Source: Eledone cirrhosa
Taxonomy: Eukaryota
Direction of reading: 5' to 3'
DNA length: 64,000 bases
NCBI GenBank assembly: GCA_964016885.1
Contig: OZ024756.1
Location: forward strand, 41,664,001-41,728,000
The notes under the pieces were generated by a model, which did not search any database, was not told the origin of the DNA, and saw nothing but the letters and a program-made list of their open reading frames with translations. Below, in pieces: positions 1 through 47,189 of this stretch. Each line of letters starts with the position of its first letter. Positions within the stretch are counted from its first letter, which is position 1. The translations under genes and the position numbers were made by a program.

Positions 1-134
1 TTGAGAAGCAATGTAGACCTGGGGACTGGACTTTGAAGGACTTGAATTCAGAGCCAGAAGAAATACCGCAAGACGTTCTGTCTGACGCTCATACGATTCT
101 AGCAATCTGATAACTTTAACAAAGTATTACTTAC

Positions 135-6558
<6,424 letters not shown>

Positions 6559-6613
6559 GGTTGTTCTTTTGAAGATCCTGACAGGTCTGTTCAAAATATT
6601 GTCTTTGCTGAGC

Positions 6614-6620
6614 TTTTATA
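6614..6620 (-). promoter_or_regulatory. Putative TATA box of peroxidase A
   Basis: TATAAAA on minus strand ~55 bp upstream of the ATG; a CRE-like TGACGTAA lies at 6648-6655. Confidence 0.55.
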
Positions 6621-7023
6621 GGGATTTGAGAATGGAGGGCAACTGTGTGACGTAAACGTGCAATGACATAGGTAGGATAAAATCTTAATGGTCCTGAGCA
6701 GTAACTGGTTGAACATTTCGTTAATAAGAGGGCCTAATAAATCATAGAAGCCATAAGGACTAGAAGATACCACCTTCGTATTGCCAAATCGTGACACTTG
6801 AACATTATTATTATTACTATAATTATATATATATAATTATAGTAATAATAATAATAAATTTGAAGACTAAAATCCAAAGAGTGCTCGATAAGGATAAATA
6901 TATATCAAATATATAAGAACCGTAGAGCAAATATTTATTAAAATAACAGATTAAAGTTTAAGCAAAGAATCGCTGCTTTCACCCTTAATAGGATTTTTTT
7001 TTTAGAGAGAGAGATAGAGAGAG

Positions 7024-7085
<62 letters not shown>

Positions 7086-7529
7086 GTGTTTATGTGATTA
7101 TTTAATAAGAGTTATAAAACTATTCTGACAATAAGTGGAAGTTATAAAGACAAGGAAAGTTAATAACTTTAAAATAAAATAATTAAAAAACTTGACTCAT
7201 CATAGCAACTTAAGAGATGTTTTAATTCAGAATTGGCAGAGTCGGTAGAGTGTCGGATAACATGCTGTGTTGCATAGAGTTACGGCCCTTTACCGTCTCA
7301 GTTCAAATCCCGCCGAGGTTCACTTTGCTTTTCATTCTTACGAGGTTGGGCAAGGGTCGATAAAATAATGTACCAGTGATGTACTGGGGTCGATTTAATC
7401 GACAAAATATAGTACCAGTGATGTACTGGAGTCGATTTAATCGACTTTCTCCTCCTCCGAATATTGTTGGTCTTCTACCCAAATCAGAAACAGTTATTCG
7501 TTCCGGTTCTTTAAATCCTGAGTTCAAGA

Positions 7530-8380
7530 CCCCTTCACGTCTCCCCTACCCCTTTACGTCTCCACGACCCCGTCATCTCTCCCCCACCCCATCATCTCTC
7601 CCCCATCCCTTCACGTCACCTCTACCCCTTCATCTCTCCCCACCCCTTCACGTATCCCCCATCCCACCCCTTTACGTCTCCACGACCCCGTCATCTCTCC
7701 CCCACCCCATCATCTCTCCCCCATCCCTTCACGTCTCCCCTACCCCTTCATCTCTCCCCACCCCTTCACGTATCCCCCATCCCACCCCTTTACGTCTCCA
7801 CGACCCCGTCATCTCTCCCCACCCCATCATCTCTCCCCCATCCCTTCACGTCTCCCCTACCCCTTCATCTCTCCCCACCCCTTCACGTATCCCCCATCCC
7901 ACCCCTTTACGTCTCCACGACCCCGTCATCTCTCCCCCACCCCATCATCTCTCCCCCATCCCTTCACGTCTCCCCTACCCCTTCATCTCTCCCCACCCCT
8001 TCACGTATCCCCCATCCCACCCCTTTACGTCTCCACGACCCCGTCATCTCTCCCCCACCCCATCATCTCTCCCCCATCCCTTCACGTCTCCCCTACCCCT
8101 TCATCTCTCCCCACCCCTTCACGTATCCCCCATCCCACCCCTTTACGTCTCCACGACCCCGTCATCTCTCCCCCACCCCATCATCTCTCCCCCATCCCTT
8201 CACGTCTCCTCTACCCCTTCATCTCTCCCCACCCCTTCACGTATCCCCCATCCCACCCCTTTACGTCTCCACGACCCCGTCATCTCTCCCCCACCCCATC
8301 ATCTCTCCCCCATCCTTTCACGTCTCCCCTACCTCTTCATCTCTCCCCACCCCTTCACGTATCCCCCACCCCACCCCTTC
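7530..8380. repeat. C-rich minisatellite, ~117/118-bp unit of ~19-24-bp subunits
   Basis: TACGTCTCCACGACC recurs every 117-118 bp. Confidence 0.9.
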
Positions 8381-8434
8381 TCTATATAAATTAACATAAA
8401 ACTCTGACCCAGAGGGGCAGAGTTTGATGTTAAT

Positions 8435-10335
8435 TTATATAGAGAAGGGGATTGGAAGAGAAGCCTGTATAGGAGATATAGAGAGGGGGAGAGTTTGGTG
8501 TTGCTCGATATAGAGAGGGGTATTTGAAGTGAGTTCCATGTAGTAGATATAGAGAGGGGGGAGAGTTTGGTGCTAATTGATATAATTTTCTATTTATTTG
8601 CCACCAGGGCATCAAAGACTGGGACAAATACAGGGGTGGGGTTACATACATTTCAAAAGACGTGTAAAAAACATATAATAAATAAAATTTAACAATCTAA
8701 GTCCTCAATAGGGAGGGGGCGTTGACGTGGGTCGCACACACCCTCGAAAAAATGTGCAACCCTCCTCTTCAGGAGCACAAAGAGCGGGTGCTCCCTTCCT
8801 CTCTTCTCTCACCTACAGGCTGATATAGAGAGAAGGCCCATTCACTCGGGCCATTCTCGCCACTTTCACCCACCTTTCATAAAACTTGCTGGGGTAGAGC
8901 ACCTCTTTCTCCATTCTGATCCTTCTTCTAAAGTGGTACTTGAAAAAAAGGACCAGTTTTTGGCCGGAGAGAAAGGTGTCTGACCTCAGCCCTTTCAACC
9001 TCATCCACCATACAACCCCTTTCGCCATAGCTATCACACAGAGGAAAACCGCCTCTCCTTCGTTTTTGAAAGGGAGAGGCGGTTTTATCGTGCCAATGTA
9101 CTCGGTGGTCAACCGGATTGGTCCTACCCGCGACATTAGTCGTTCCACATAGCTCCACAGGTCAGCAACGCCCGGGCAGTGTACGAATGCGTGTGCGACG
9201 GTTTCCTCGTCACGCACGCATCTCGGACAGATCTTCTTCGAGAGGTCCCTACCAGGGCGCCCGTGTCTGTAGAGCTTGTCCCGAACGGGTAGAGCTCCTC
9301 GGTAGCATTGCCAAGCCAGTGACTTTTGGAAGTTGTCCATCGGTCCCGGGCCAAACGTCCTACCGAACAGACTGGCTAGCTCGTCTTCCTCCATGCCCAG
9401 AGCCTCTCCGAGAGCGTCGTCGCACTTACTGCGCACCAACCCTCTATAGAATGTTGAGGTTGAGTCTCCACTGATTGCCGGATCCGCTTGCCAGAGGGCC
9501 GTGAGCGCCTGGGCACATTCAATGTGCCAGTCGCCCACTTTTCTCGGTCTTTGCTTGACCCAGGATTGCAGCTCGGTGAGTGAGACGAGTCTCGGAAAGG
9601 CTCGCCTCACAAACAGGGCCCACACCGGCTGACCGGTGAGGAATACCTGGAGGTGCCATAGCCTTAATGCGTGTGTACGCATCGTCAGCCACGGCATCCC
9701 CAGCCCTCCGTTCGAAGGGTGTTGACAGCAGATGGATCTTCTCACCAAAGGGGCCCGCTTCTTCCAAAGGAATCGGAAGAGCGCGCGCTCCATTTTGGCG
9801 AGTGTTTTCTCTGGGCAAGGCACGACGGTCAAGCGGTAGTAGATGACGGACGCTATATAAGCGTTCGCCACCTCCGCTCGACCTTTCAGGGATAGTTTGC
9901 ACTCGGCCCACTTCTGGGCGAGTGCAAACACCTTGCCCGTTACCTCGTCCCAGTTTTTCTCCACCTGGAGGTCCGGTCCGAACCAGACCCCGAGCAGCTT
10001 CACCGGTCCCTCCGTCCAGCGTCCGACCACACCGTCGGAGGGCATCGGTTTGTCCCTCCATTCCGTGTAGTAGATATAGAGAGGAGGAGGGTTTGGTGTT
10101 ACTTGATATAGAGAGGGGTATTTGAAGAGAGTTCCGTGTAGTAGATATAGAGAGGAGGAGGGTTTGGTGTTACTTGATATAGAGAGGGGTATTTGAAGAG
10201 AGTTCCGTGTAGTAGATATAGAGAGGGGGAGAGTTTTGTGTTGCTCGCTATAGAGAGGGGGTATTTGAAGAGAGTTCAGAGTAGTTGATATAGAGAGGGG
10301 GAGATTTTAGTGTCACTTGATTTAGAGAGGGGGAT
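8435..10335. repeat. ~66-bp minisatellite interrupted by the Tx1-like LINE
   Basis: GATATAGAGAGGGG...TTTGAAGAGAGTTCCGTGTAG units on both sides of the element. Confidence 0.8.
8585..10059 (-). mobile_element. 5'-truncated Tx1/L1-clade LINE (C-terminal ORF2 with RT thumb and CCHC zf-RVT, plus 3' UTR)
   Basis: ORF 8813..10045: VKLLGVWF, LSLKGRAEV, GGLGMP, CPRC...ETVAHAFVHC; 3' end GGTGGCAAATAAA; sits within a ~66-bp minisatellite. Confidence 0.9.
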
Positions 10336-10714
10336 TGGTCTTTCGGTGAGAGTATCTTGGTCAGCCTATGAATATTTCAGCCGACCCTCTTATACAACTG
10401 CAGGCTGAAGTAGTGGGTGTGAACGAAATCTGTGATTTACAACCATGTTTAGAACACTATATATGTGTAAACTATTCCCACTTCACCTCTCAACCCTCAG
10501 ACACGGTCATAAATAAATAACAAAATAACTTCTCCTTTGCTGATGTACTCAATATGTAGATCTTTGGTGACAATATGTAGCAAGGTGTTCTATGTATGTC
10601 AGTGTGGACTTCTAATTCCTGGTGGAATCGTAGGAATATAGTAATGACATACGGCGTTTCCTCGGCATTTTGAACCTGGCGAGAATTATCTCCTCTCCAC
10701 AGAAGGAGAGAGCG

Positions 10715-10745
<31 letters not shown>

Positions 10746-10754
10746 GAGGGAGAA

Positions 10755-10815
<61 letters not shown>

Positions 10816-11259
10816 GTACATTTTTTATCGACCTCGAAAGGATGAAAGTCAAAGTTGATCTCTGCCAGTTTCGAACTAATACATAAATCATTCTACCCGG
10901 CTCCTATGCCACCTTTTAGGGTTTTCTAATATATACATAAAATTAGTTCTCTCTTTTCTTCTGAACCGTAACTCCCGAGGGACTAGTAAGGGCGCCGTAA
11001 TCATACACGGCGCTTCTAGGTCATTTGGAAAAAAAAAACCTGGTGGAGCCCATTTCTTCTCGAGGCCTGAGTACAGCAGATTTCTTCCGAAGAAGGATAG
11101 AGAGAATGAGAAAATGGAAGTGCAAAAGAGATATAGAGGAAGAATCGACTCCAGTACTTGACTGGTACTTTATTTTATCGACCTCAAATGTATGAAAGGC
11201 AAAGTTGAACTCGGCTGAATTTGAGTTGAGAGAGCAGAGTCAACAAAATGGTATTAGTT

Positions 11260-11672
11260 CTGGGGGTGAGACAGTGCTGAAACACTCCTTCTCGCGGATC
11301 CTGTCAGAAGCAATCTCCAATTGATTCGGCTGAATCCCCAAACACGAGACCAGCCAAGTTTATGGATGTTATCCAACCATCTAGCTAGAGGTGCTACCCT
11401 GGGTCTCCTGTCGATGAAATCGCTCGCTCTGACCGACCGACAAGATCCCAAACCTCATTCACTTGTCGAGTGGGGTGGACCTCGTCAAATCGGACCAAGG
11501 AAACTATTGTTTCCATTGGTCTTTCCATTGCTGATACTATCTACCAGTTGCAACTCCTTGGCAGAAGGAACATAAAGTGTCTTGCTCAAGGACACAACAC
11601 ATCGCCCGGTCCGAGAATTGAACTCGCAACCTCACGATTGTTAATCTAACTCTGTAACCACTAAGCCACACA
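11260..11672 (-). mobile_element. tRNA-derived CORE-type SINE (tail type 4)
   Basis: Head at 11575-11672; internal segment shared with the 29790-30515 and 31095-31283 copies. Confidence 0.7.
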
Positions 11673-11855
11673 CATTCCCAAACAAATTGCGAGATACCGA
11701 ATAAACTTTAAGACGTTTAAATTATATTGCTGAACAGTTTTATTGACAAAACAAAGAGAAAATAATTTTTTTAGTTTCGATAATTTCATTTTCGTTTAAT
11801 TTTTATTTTAATGTTTTATTTTCCTTTTCAGCGTTACTTCCTCTGGTTTGTCGGT

Positions 11856-25790
<13,935 letters not shown>

Positions 25791-27525
25791 CTTATTTGAA
25801 CTGAGATGGAGTTTTTATTTATACATTCTAGTTCGATTTGTTAATTTATTGTTTGCAATTCTGTTTTTGTTTCTTTACAGAAGCACCCTGATTGAGTGCT
25901 TTTGGCGAGTACAGTTTTTCAATTTTGAATTACTGCCATCGTGTTCCCTAAAAAACCGTCATGTTTGGCTTACCCCCTCTTTGATGTGAAGGCACGTATC
26001 ACAAAAAGTCTAGGTTTACTATATTTCACTTGGTAATGACCGTCACTGCTGTGTACTAGCCAGCTAAACGGATCTATCCATTCGTGGGAGGCTAACACCC
26101 GCAGAGGAAGCAATATCGAGCTAAATTACGTAATGTCTCCTGATATTACGTAATTTCTGTGAACGAAGGTTTCAGTTGGACTATTGTTAACATAGGAACT
26201 GCAGAAACCAATCCTTGGTTCGAGATTTTGGAGTGTTAATGTTATTACCAACATGAAGTCGTCTTTCTTATTGATTACTCTGAGTAACGGGCTTATATTT
26301 CCAATAAAACAAACCTAATTATATCATTGAGTGAGTAAGGAAACGGCCGAGGCTGTGTCGATTCTCTCTAACTAGCTTCGTATACCTGTATATATATATG
26401 AGAAATCCCAGTTCTTCTTCTCCCGGTTATGTCCCTTTCTTCCAGTTATAACTCTTTCTCCCAGTTATTCCCCTTTCTTTGAGTTATGCCCCTTTCTCCC
26501 ACTTATACACTCTGTTCTCCCAAATAAAATAAGTTCAACTTACAGTGTGGTAAATTGGTGAACCTAGTTTTTGGAACTTCTTATTCTGACCATACACAGA
26601 AAATTACTAAGCCCGCATTATCCACTATACAGTCTATACTCACCCATGCCAAATCGTGTGACATCATATGACTCTTTTCACTGCTTAGTAAAGATGTTTA
26701 GCGATATAATAATGGAAAGCAGGATAGTAAACTAACAGACGAATGGATTAGTTACTAATCTAACAATAAATTGAAGGGAAACTTAACTGATGCGTGTATT
26801 TTTATTGGCAACATGACCCTCCCAAAGTATAGCAATATCTGTTTCGTGTTTCAACACACGATTTCACATAAAAAATCTTGCCAAACAAATACAAAAACGA
26901 AATACTTCTATTGTATTTATGTTAAACTTTACAAATACATGATTGATATATTCCTTAAATGTCATCTACATACACAGTATGAAGAGAAAGTTTACATCTG
27001 AAATGTAAACAACTCAGATTACAATATATACTGCAGATTTGTCCACAGGACACAACCCAAACACACCCTCACCCCAGATTCAGAGCCCATCACCCTCTCC
27101 TCTTCCCCCTCCCTTCTGTGGCTCAAGTGTCCTTCCTTTTTCCCCTCCTTTTCCTCTCATTCATGTGATTTATAGTCCTTTCCTCTAATTTCTCATACAG
27201 CCAGATCTGCCCTTCTTTATCCCTTCACCTTTTTCTCATTACTTAATTTTGTTTTTGTTTTCCTTTTTCATATTTATGTAATTATCAAAGGATTTTTTAA
27301 AAATCCAACTTCGTGAGTGAAACGCTTGTATTGAGAATAAACATTTGTTTTATATAATCTACTATGTCTTACAACAAACAGACGCGAACAGACATATTAT
27401 GATGGATTTGTATGAACTAGAGAACTCCTCACCAAGTCGAAGGTGCGTCGTACAGACTTACAACATATGTTTGCCATTTTAAACCTGGTCCGATTTCTTC
27501 CAGAGAAAGATCTCTCTCTCTCTCG

Positions 27526-27573
<48 letters not shown>

Positions 27574-27676
27574 ATGTGAGGAATCAAAACATATCAAATA
27601 TGTTAGGATTTTGTGCTTCTCAGTAAACAAGCTCAATGGACTTGATCCAGAGCCATAATAATAATTCAAATGTAAA

Positions 27677-27716
<40 letters not shown>

Positions 27717-27759
27717 GATAATCGTTTTAGGTAATCTAGTTAGAGGTTGTGAGTACTCT

Positions 27760-27829
<70 letters not shown>

Positions 27830-28023
27830 ATAAATAATGTTCGATATACTTAACATGGAAGCGGTCGGTTAAGTCCAAGATTTAGGATATCTGTTTGAAA
27901 ACTATGACCAGGTCCGTGCAAAGACGAGTCTCAGACAAGATGTAAAATATGGACCCCGTTTCAAACCACTCAAGTATTTTAGTAATCAGTATTAAAAATA
28001 TAATATTTATGCCAAAGTTGCGC

Positions 28024-28101
<78 letters not shown>

Positions 28102-29342
28102 CATTGAGATGAACGGAACAAGTAAAATTCAAACAATCTTTCAAAATAAATTCAAAAAATATAATTTAAATATTTACCTATCCATATTGCTTTTACCGAC
28201 GGTATCATAGACACCCTATATATTTCCGAGGGTACTTAGTGCCTGTGGGGATATTAATCTCATTTTATATATATATATATATGTGTGTGTGTGCGTGTAA
28301 TATGCATGAGGTATTTACAAGTAACAAAGAAAAACAGAACGATTTACAAGTAATACTTTATTTACAAAAAGATCCTACCTTTATGTTAAACGGGGTCAAA
28401 ATCCTAAGTCTGCGTCAACAGACTCGTCTATACCCAACCCATATATATATATACACGCTTCACTCGGATTTAATATTATTGATGTCACATTTATAGCAAT
28501 TTATCAATATTTCTTTACTTTAGTGACACCAGTTGGCGAAAGTAGGAGCAGGTGCTCTATATGGTGTATACATACGCATATGTATGAGTGTATGTGTGTG
28601 TGTGTGCACAATGGCCATTCCTTTGCTACCTTCATTATTTGACTTCATGACCTGGCAGTGGGATGACGTATTTGAAAAATTTCAAATATTTTCCTCTCCA
28701 TTCAGTCTCCCCCCCCCTCTCTCTCTCTCTCTCTGCTTATATATATATAAACAAGATAAAAAGCAAATAAACTAATCAGGAGGAGAGAAAGCTGATTAGT
28801 TATGCAGATTACTGGCCAGTAGAGGGAAGGTTAGTGTACTCAATACATATAGGTTGCTAGACTAGCGAGCCATGTGATTAGATGGAAAGAGAGATAGTTT
28901 AACAATCGTATGTTTGTATGTATGTGTGTGTGTATGTGTGTATGTTATTATATGAGGGCCCTACTAAACCTGAACAGTCCCCGGCCCCACTCAAGATCTA
29001 AACCTGGTCCTGCTAACACCATAATAAGGGACTTTTATGAATTACAGATTCTTCACATTTTCGTTTGTTTTGCGGGGTTGAGGTAGATTTTATGTACAAA
29101 AAAAAAAAATTCATACAGAAAAGTCAACAAGAAACAGAATTTGATTAGAGTGGAGATGGGGCGGGGGGAGCGGTGTTGATTTTTAAAAAATCTCCCCCCT
29201 CTTAGTTCTTTCTTTCTGTATTTTGTTTTGTTTGTTTGCTTTTTAATAATCTGGAACGGAATGTTGATGATGTACAAATATGATATGTGATGAGAGAAAC
29301 AAATGTGTTAACAACTCTAGGCTACATGTTTGAATTCCCATG

Positions 29343-29419
<77 letters not shown>

Positions 29420-29468
29420 ACTGGCTTTTTGAAACTTGGACATATTTCAATGCTTTGTATTAACTATA

Positions 29469-29515
<47 letters not shown>

Positions 29516-29573
29516 GTGTATACATGACCATTGCATTTATATGTTGTGATTCTGGTAAAATCTGTTTTCAAGA

Positions 29574-40433
<10,860 letters not shown>

Positions 40434-40529
40434 TTTTCTATGTCACTTTGGTGGCGTATGGGTTAATTTCTCCGGCTAAAAACAAAAGTTTTTAAAAATT
40501 ATGAAATTATATAAAGAAAGAAAGGTAAT

Positions 40530-40813
40530 TTATAGAACACCTTCCTCGATTTCAGAGAGAAAAAATGCTTTTCCTCCGGTATTTTTTCCCGTATGCTATC
40601 AACTAATCTAGCCTCCAAGATTCTGGCAATCAACTTTTTCCCGGGGAACGGATGGAATATGGTGGGTGTGACCCAACACACCTAATCCCCTCCGTTTTCC
40701 GGGGAAAAGTCGATTGCAAGCATCTTAGAGGTTATATTAGTTGATAGCACATGAAAAAAAATGGAGGAAAACTGTTTTTCTCTTACTTTATACGAGATGG
40801 GAGTTCTTCTATA
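40530..40813. mobile_element. Degenerate fold-back/MITE-like inverted repeat
   Basis: 40530-40660 and 40686-40813 are imperfect reverse complements (TGCTATCAACTAAT/ATTAGTTGATAGCA). Confidence 0.7.
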
Positions 40814-41123
40814 ATAATACTGAAAAAACAAACAAACAAAAACCATTAGCATCTAAAGATGGCGACGTTGTTAAAGTCTCGCTATGAATATTTTAACGTG
40901 GGATCATGTCATAGCTACCTGAACACCTCTATTTTGAACCACGCTATGTTAGTGTTACTGCTAATATATATATTCAACAGTTATTTTGACCTCATTTTCA
41001 ACGGATTGTGTAAACCGGTTATTAGTAATTTAACAAAATACTCAATGGTTTTTACTTTGTAGAATACTGGAAACTATTTGTGTTGTCAGGTGATTCACCA
41101 AACCGAATTATATTTATTTATTT

Positions 41124-41238
<115 letters not shown>

Positions 41239-41298
41239 ATATAGCAGTAATAAACGAAGCTAAATTTGAATCATTTGACTTTTATTTAACTTTATTTT

Positions 41299-41358
<60 letters not shown>

Positions 41359-41413
41359 AAAATAGTAAACGAAGCTAAATTTGAATCATTTGACTTTTAT
41401 TTAACTTTATTTT

Positions 41414-41473
<60 letters not shown>

Positions 41474-41523
41474 AAAATAAAGTTAAATAAAAGTCAAATG
41501 ATTCAAATTTAGCTTCGTTTATT

Positions 41524-41578
41524 ACTGCTATATATATTTCAGTGACAGCCATCTTTGGCTGTGACCTCTTCAGGCAGT
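41524..41578 (-). ncRNA. Minimal type I hammerhead ribozyme motif, family 2
   Basis: Minus strand ACTGC-CTGAAGA-ggtc acagcca aaga tggctgt cact-GAAA-TATATA-TA-GCAGT. Confidence 0.75.
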
Positions 41579-41636
41579 TTGAATTAGTATGGTATAGACA
41601 AGTACATATGTTGTTTAGGTGTATAATATTGTCAAT

Positions 41637-44063
<2,427 letters not shown>

Positions 44064-44287
44064 GTGAGCGATGAAGCAGGTGTAACATGAACGAAAATAA
44101 GCTAGAAGGTGATACATTTAGAGGATAGTGCATAGTTTAACTCCTAGAAAGGTAGGGCAGGGAGAGTCCATTGGAGTCTGAGGGGTGTCAGGATAGGGGA
44201 GAGAGAGAAGGGAAAGGGGGAGAGGGACAGGAAAGCAGGTAGAGATTTGACTTCGGTGGGAGCCTTTCAATTCTGAGCTATTGCAAT

Positions 44288-44357
<70 letters not shown>

Positions 44358-44469
44358 TATACTGTTGTTGTTCTACTTCTTGTTACAGTCACCACCTCCA
44401 CTAGACTGTGGAGCATATGACCTTAATCTTCCTTCCAATCCCAACTGGAGCAGAAACTATGTAATATGC

Positions 44470-46263
44470 TTTAGTTTGTGTAGTACCAGTCTAGTACCAG
44501 TATTGCAAGCTGGTTTTAACTTTAGTTTGTGTAGTACCAGTCTAGTACCAGTATTGCAAGCTGGTTTTAACTTTAGTTTGTGTAGTACCAGTCTAGTACC
44601 AGTATTGCAAGCTGGTTTTAACTTTAGTTTGTGTAGTACCAGTCTAGTACCAGTATTGCAAGCTGGTTTTAACTTTAGTTTGTGTAGTACCAGTCTAGTA
44701 CCAGTATTGCAAGCTGGTTTTAACTTTAGTTTGTGTAGTACCAGTCTAGTACCAGTATTGCAAGCTGGTTTTAACTTTAGTTTGTGTAGTACCAGTCTAG
44801 TACCAGTATTGCAAGCTGGTTTTAACTTTAGTTTGTGTAGTACCAGTCTAGTACCAGTATTGCAAGCTGGTTTTAACTTTAGTTTGTGTAGTACCAGTCT
44901 AGTACCAGTATTGCAAGCTGGTTTTAACTTTAGTTTGTGTAGTACCAGTCTAGTACCAGTATTGCAAGCTGGTTTTAACTTTAGTTTGTGTAGTACCAGT
45001 CTAGTACCAGTATTGCAAGCTGGTTTTAACTTTAGTTTGTGTAGTACCAGTCTAGTACCAGTATTGCAAGCTGGTTTTAACTTTAGTTTGTGTAGTACCA
45101 CTATTGCAAGCTGGTTTTAAATTTAGTTTGTGTAGTACCAGTCTAGTACCAGTATTGCAAGCTGGTTTTAACTTTAGTTTGTGTAGTACCAGTCTAGTAC
45201 CAGTATTGCAAGCTGGTTTTAACTTTAGTTTGTGTAGTACCAGTCTAGTACCAGTATTGCAAGCTGGTTTTAACTTTAGTTTGTGTAGTACCAGTCTAGT
45301 ACCAGTATTGCAAGCTGGTTTTAACTTTAGTTTGTGTAGTACCAGTCTAGTACCAGTATTGCAAGCTGGTTTTAACTTTAGTTTGTGTAGTACCAGTCTA
45401 GTACCAGTATTGCAAGCTGGTTTTAACTTTAGTTTGTGTAGTACCAGTCTAGTACCAGTATTGCAAGCTGGTTTTAACTTTAGTTTGTGTAGTACCAGTC
45501 TAGTACCAGTATTGCAAGCTGGTTTTAACTTTAGTTTGTGTAGTACCAGTCTAGTACCAGTATTGCAAGCTGGTTTTAACTTTAGTTTGTGTAGTACCAG
45601 TCTAGTACCAGTATTGCAAGCTGGTTTTAACTTTAGTTTGTGTAGTACCACTATTGCAAGCTGGTTTTAAATTTAGTTTGTGTAGTACCAGTCTAGTACC
45701 AGTATTGCAAGCTGGTTTTAACTTTAGTTTGTGTAGTACCAGTCTAGTACCAGTATTGCAAGCTGGTTTTAACTTTAGTTTGTGTAGTACCAGTCTAGTA
45801 CCAGTATTGCAAGCTGGTTTTAACTTTAGTTTGTGTAGTACCAGTCTAGTACCAGTATTGCAAGCTGGTTTTAACTTTAGTTTGTGTAGTACCAGTCTAG
45901 TACCAGTATTGCAAGCTGGTTTTAACTTTAGTTTGTGTAGTACCACTATTGCAAGCTGGTTTTAAATTTAGTTTGTGTAGTACCAGTCTAGTACCAGTAT
46001 TGCAAGCTGGTTTTAACTTTAGTTTGTGTAGTACCAGTCTAGTACCAGTATTGCAAGCTGGTTTTAACTTTAGTTTGTGTAGTACCAGTCTAGTACCAGT
46101 ATTGCAAGCTGGTTTTAACTTTAGTTTGTGTAGTACCAGTCTAGTACCAGTATTGCAAGCTGGTTTTAACTTTAGTTTGTGTAGTACCAGTTTAGTACCA
46201 GTATTGCAAGCTGGTTTTAACTTTAGTTTGTGTAGTACCAGTATTGCAAGCTGGTTTTAACTT
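44470..46263. repeat. 51-bp satellite, ~35 copies, with recurring 40-bp variant
   Basis: CTTTAGTTTGTGTAGTACCAGTCTAGTACCAGTATTGCAAGCTGGTTTTAA, no spacers. Confidence 0.97.
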
Positions 46264-46578
46264 TATCTTTTATCATATTATTATCTTTCTTTTGTGTGAT
46301 TTCATTATCAGACTATTTGGTCCTTGCTCTAGTTTTTCAGATAAACTGAAAGTCCTTACTCAAGATTTCGAGTTAGACTATCTGAACCCTAAATCACTTG
46401 GTTGCGATTTTCAGTATATTGTTCATTTGACATGATGGGTGTTTTTGGTTGTAGTGGGCGTTGTTTCACCGTATTAAATGTTCTGAGTAATTGTATTTCA
46501 TGATTTCTAGATTGGTTTGGGTGCATTGCTTTCGTTTACTTTTATTACAGGTTGGGTAGAATTATAATAATAATAATA

Positions 46579-46682
<104 letters not shown>

Positions 46683-46699
46683 TATATATATATATATGC

Positions 46700-46825
<126 letters not shown>

Positions 46826-47129
46826 ATATGTGTATTCATTTATTTTGTTTGACTTGTTTAGCTTGACTTGTTTTTTGGGTTAGGTGGTTAATGCCTTCTT
46901 GACCACTTTTCAGTTTGTATGGCGTTTTAACATATTGTTTAGCTCTGGTTTTCCTTAACTATTGGAGCGCTTGCCAGCATTTCTACGATTTTGCGTTTCG
47001 TTTCGCTTTTTCTACCAGCCGAAATACGATTCTCGCTGAATATATATATATATATAATCGATTTCTTTTGAAAAACCTGCTACGTTAAAAGACAAACTCA
47101 GACACAGATACACAAACACGTACGCAGAC

Positions 47130-47189
<60 letters not shown>

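Noticed and set aside
7376-8389. 337-aa Pro/His/Ser extensin-like ORF
   Set aside because: Starts within a SINE and runs through a C-rich minisatellite; no splice or signal support.
44470-46263. CRISPR-like array or repeat protein (ORFs 44281-46260)
   Set aside because: Units are contiguous with no unique spacers, there are no cas genes and the context is eukaryotic. The ORFs arise because 51 is divisible by 3.
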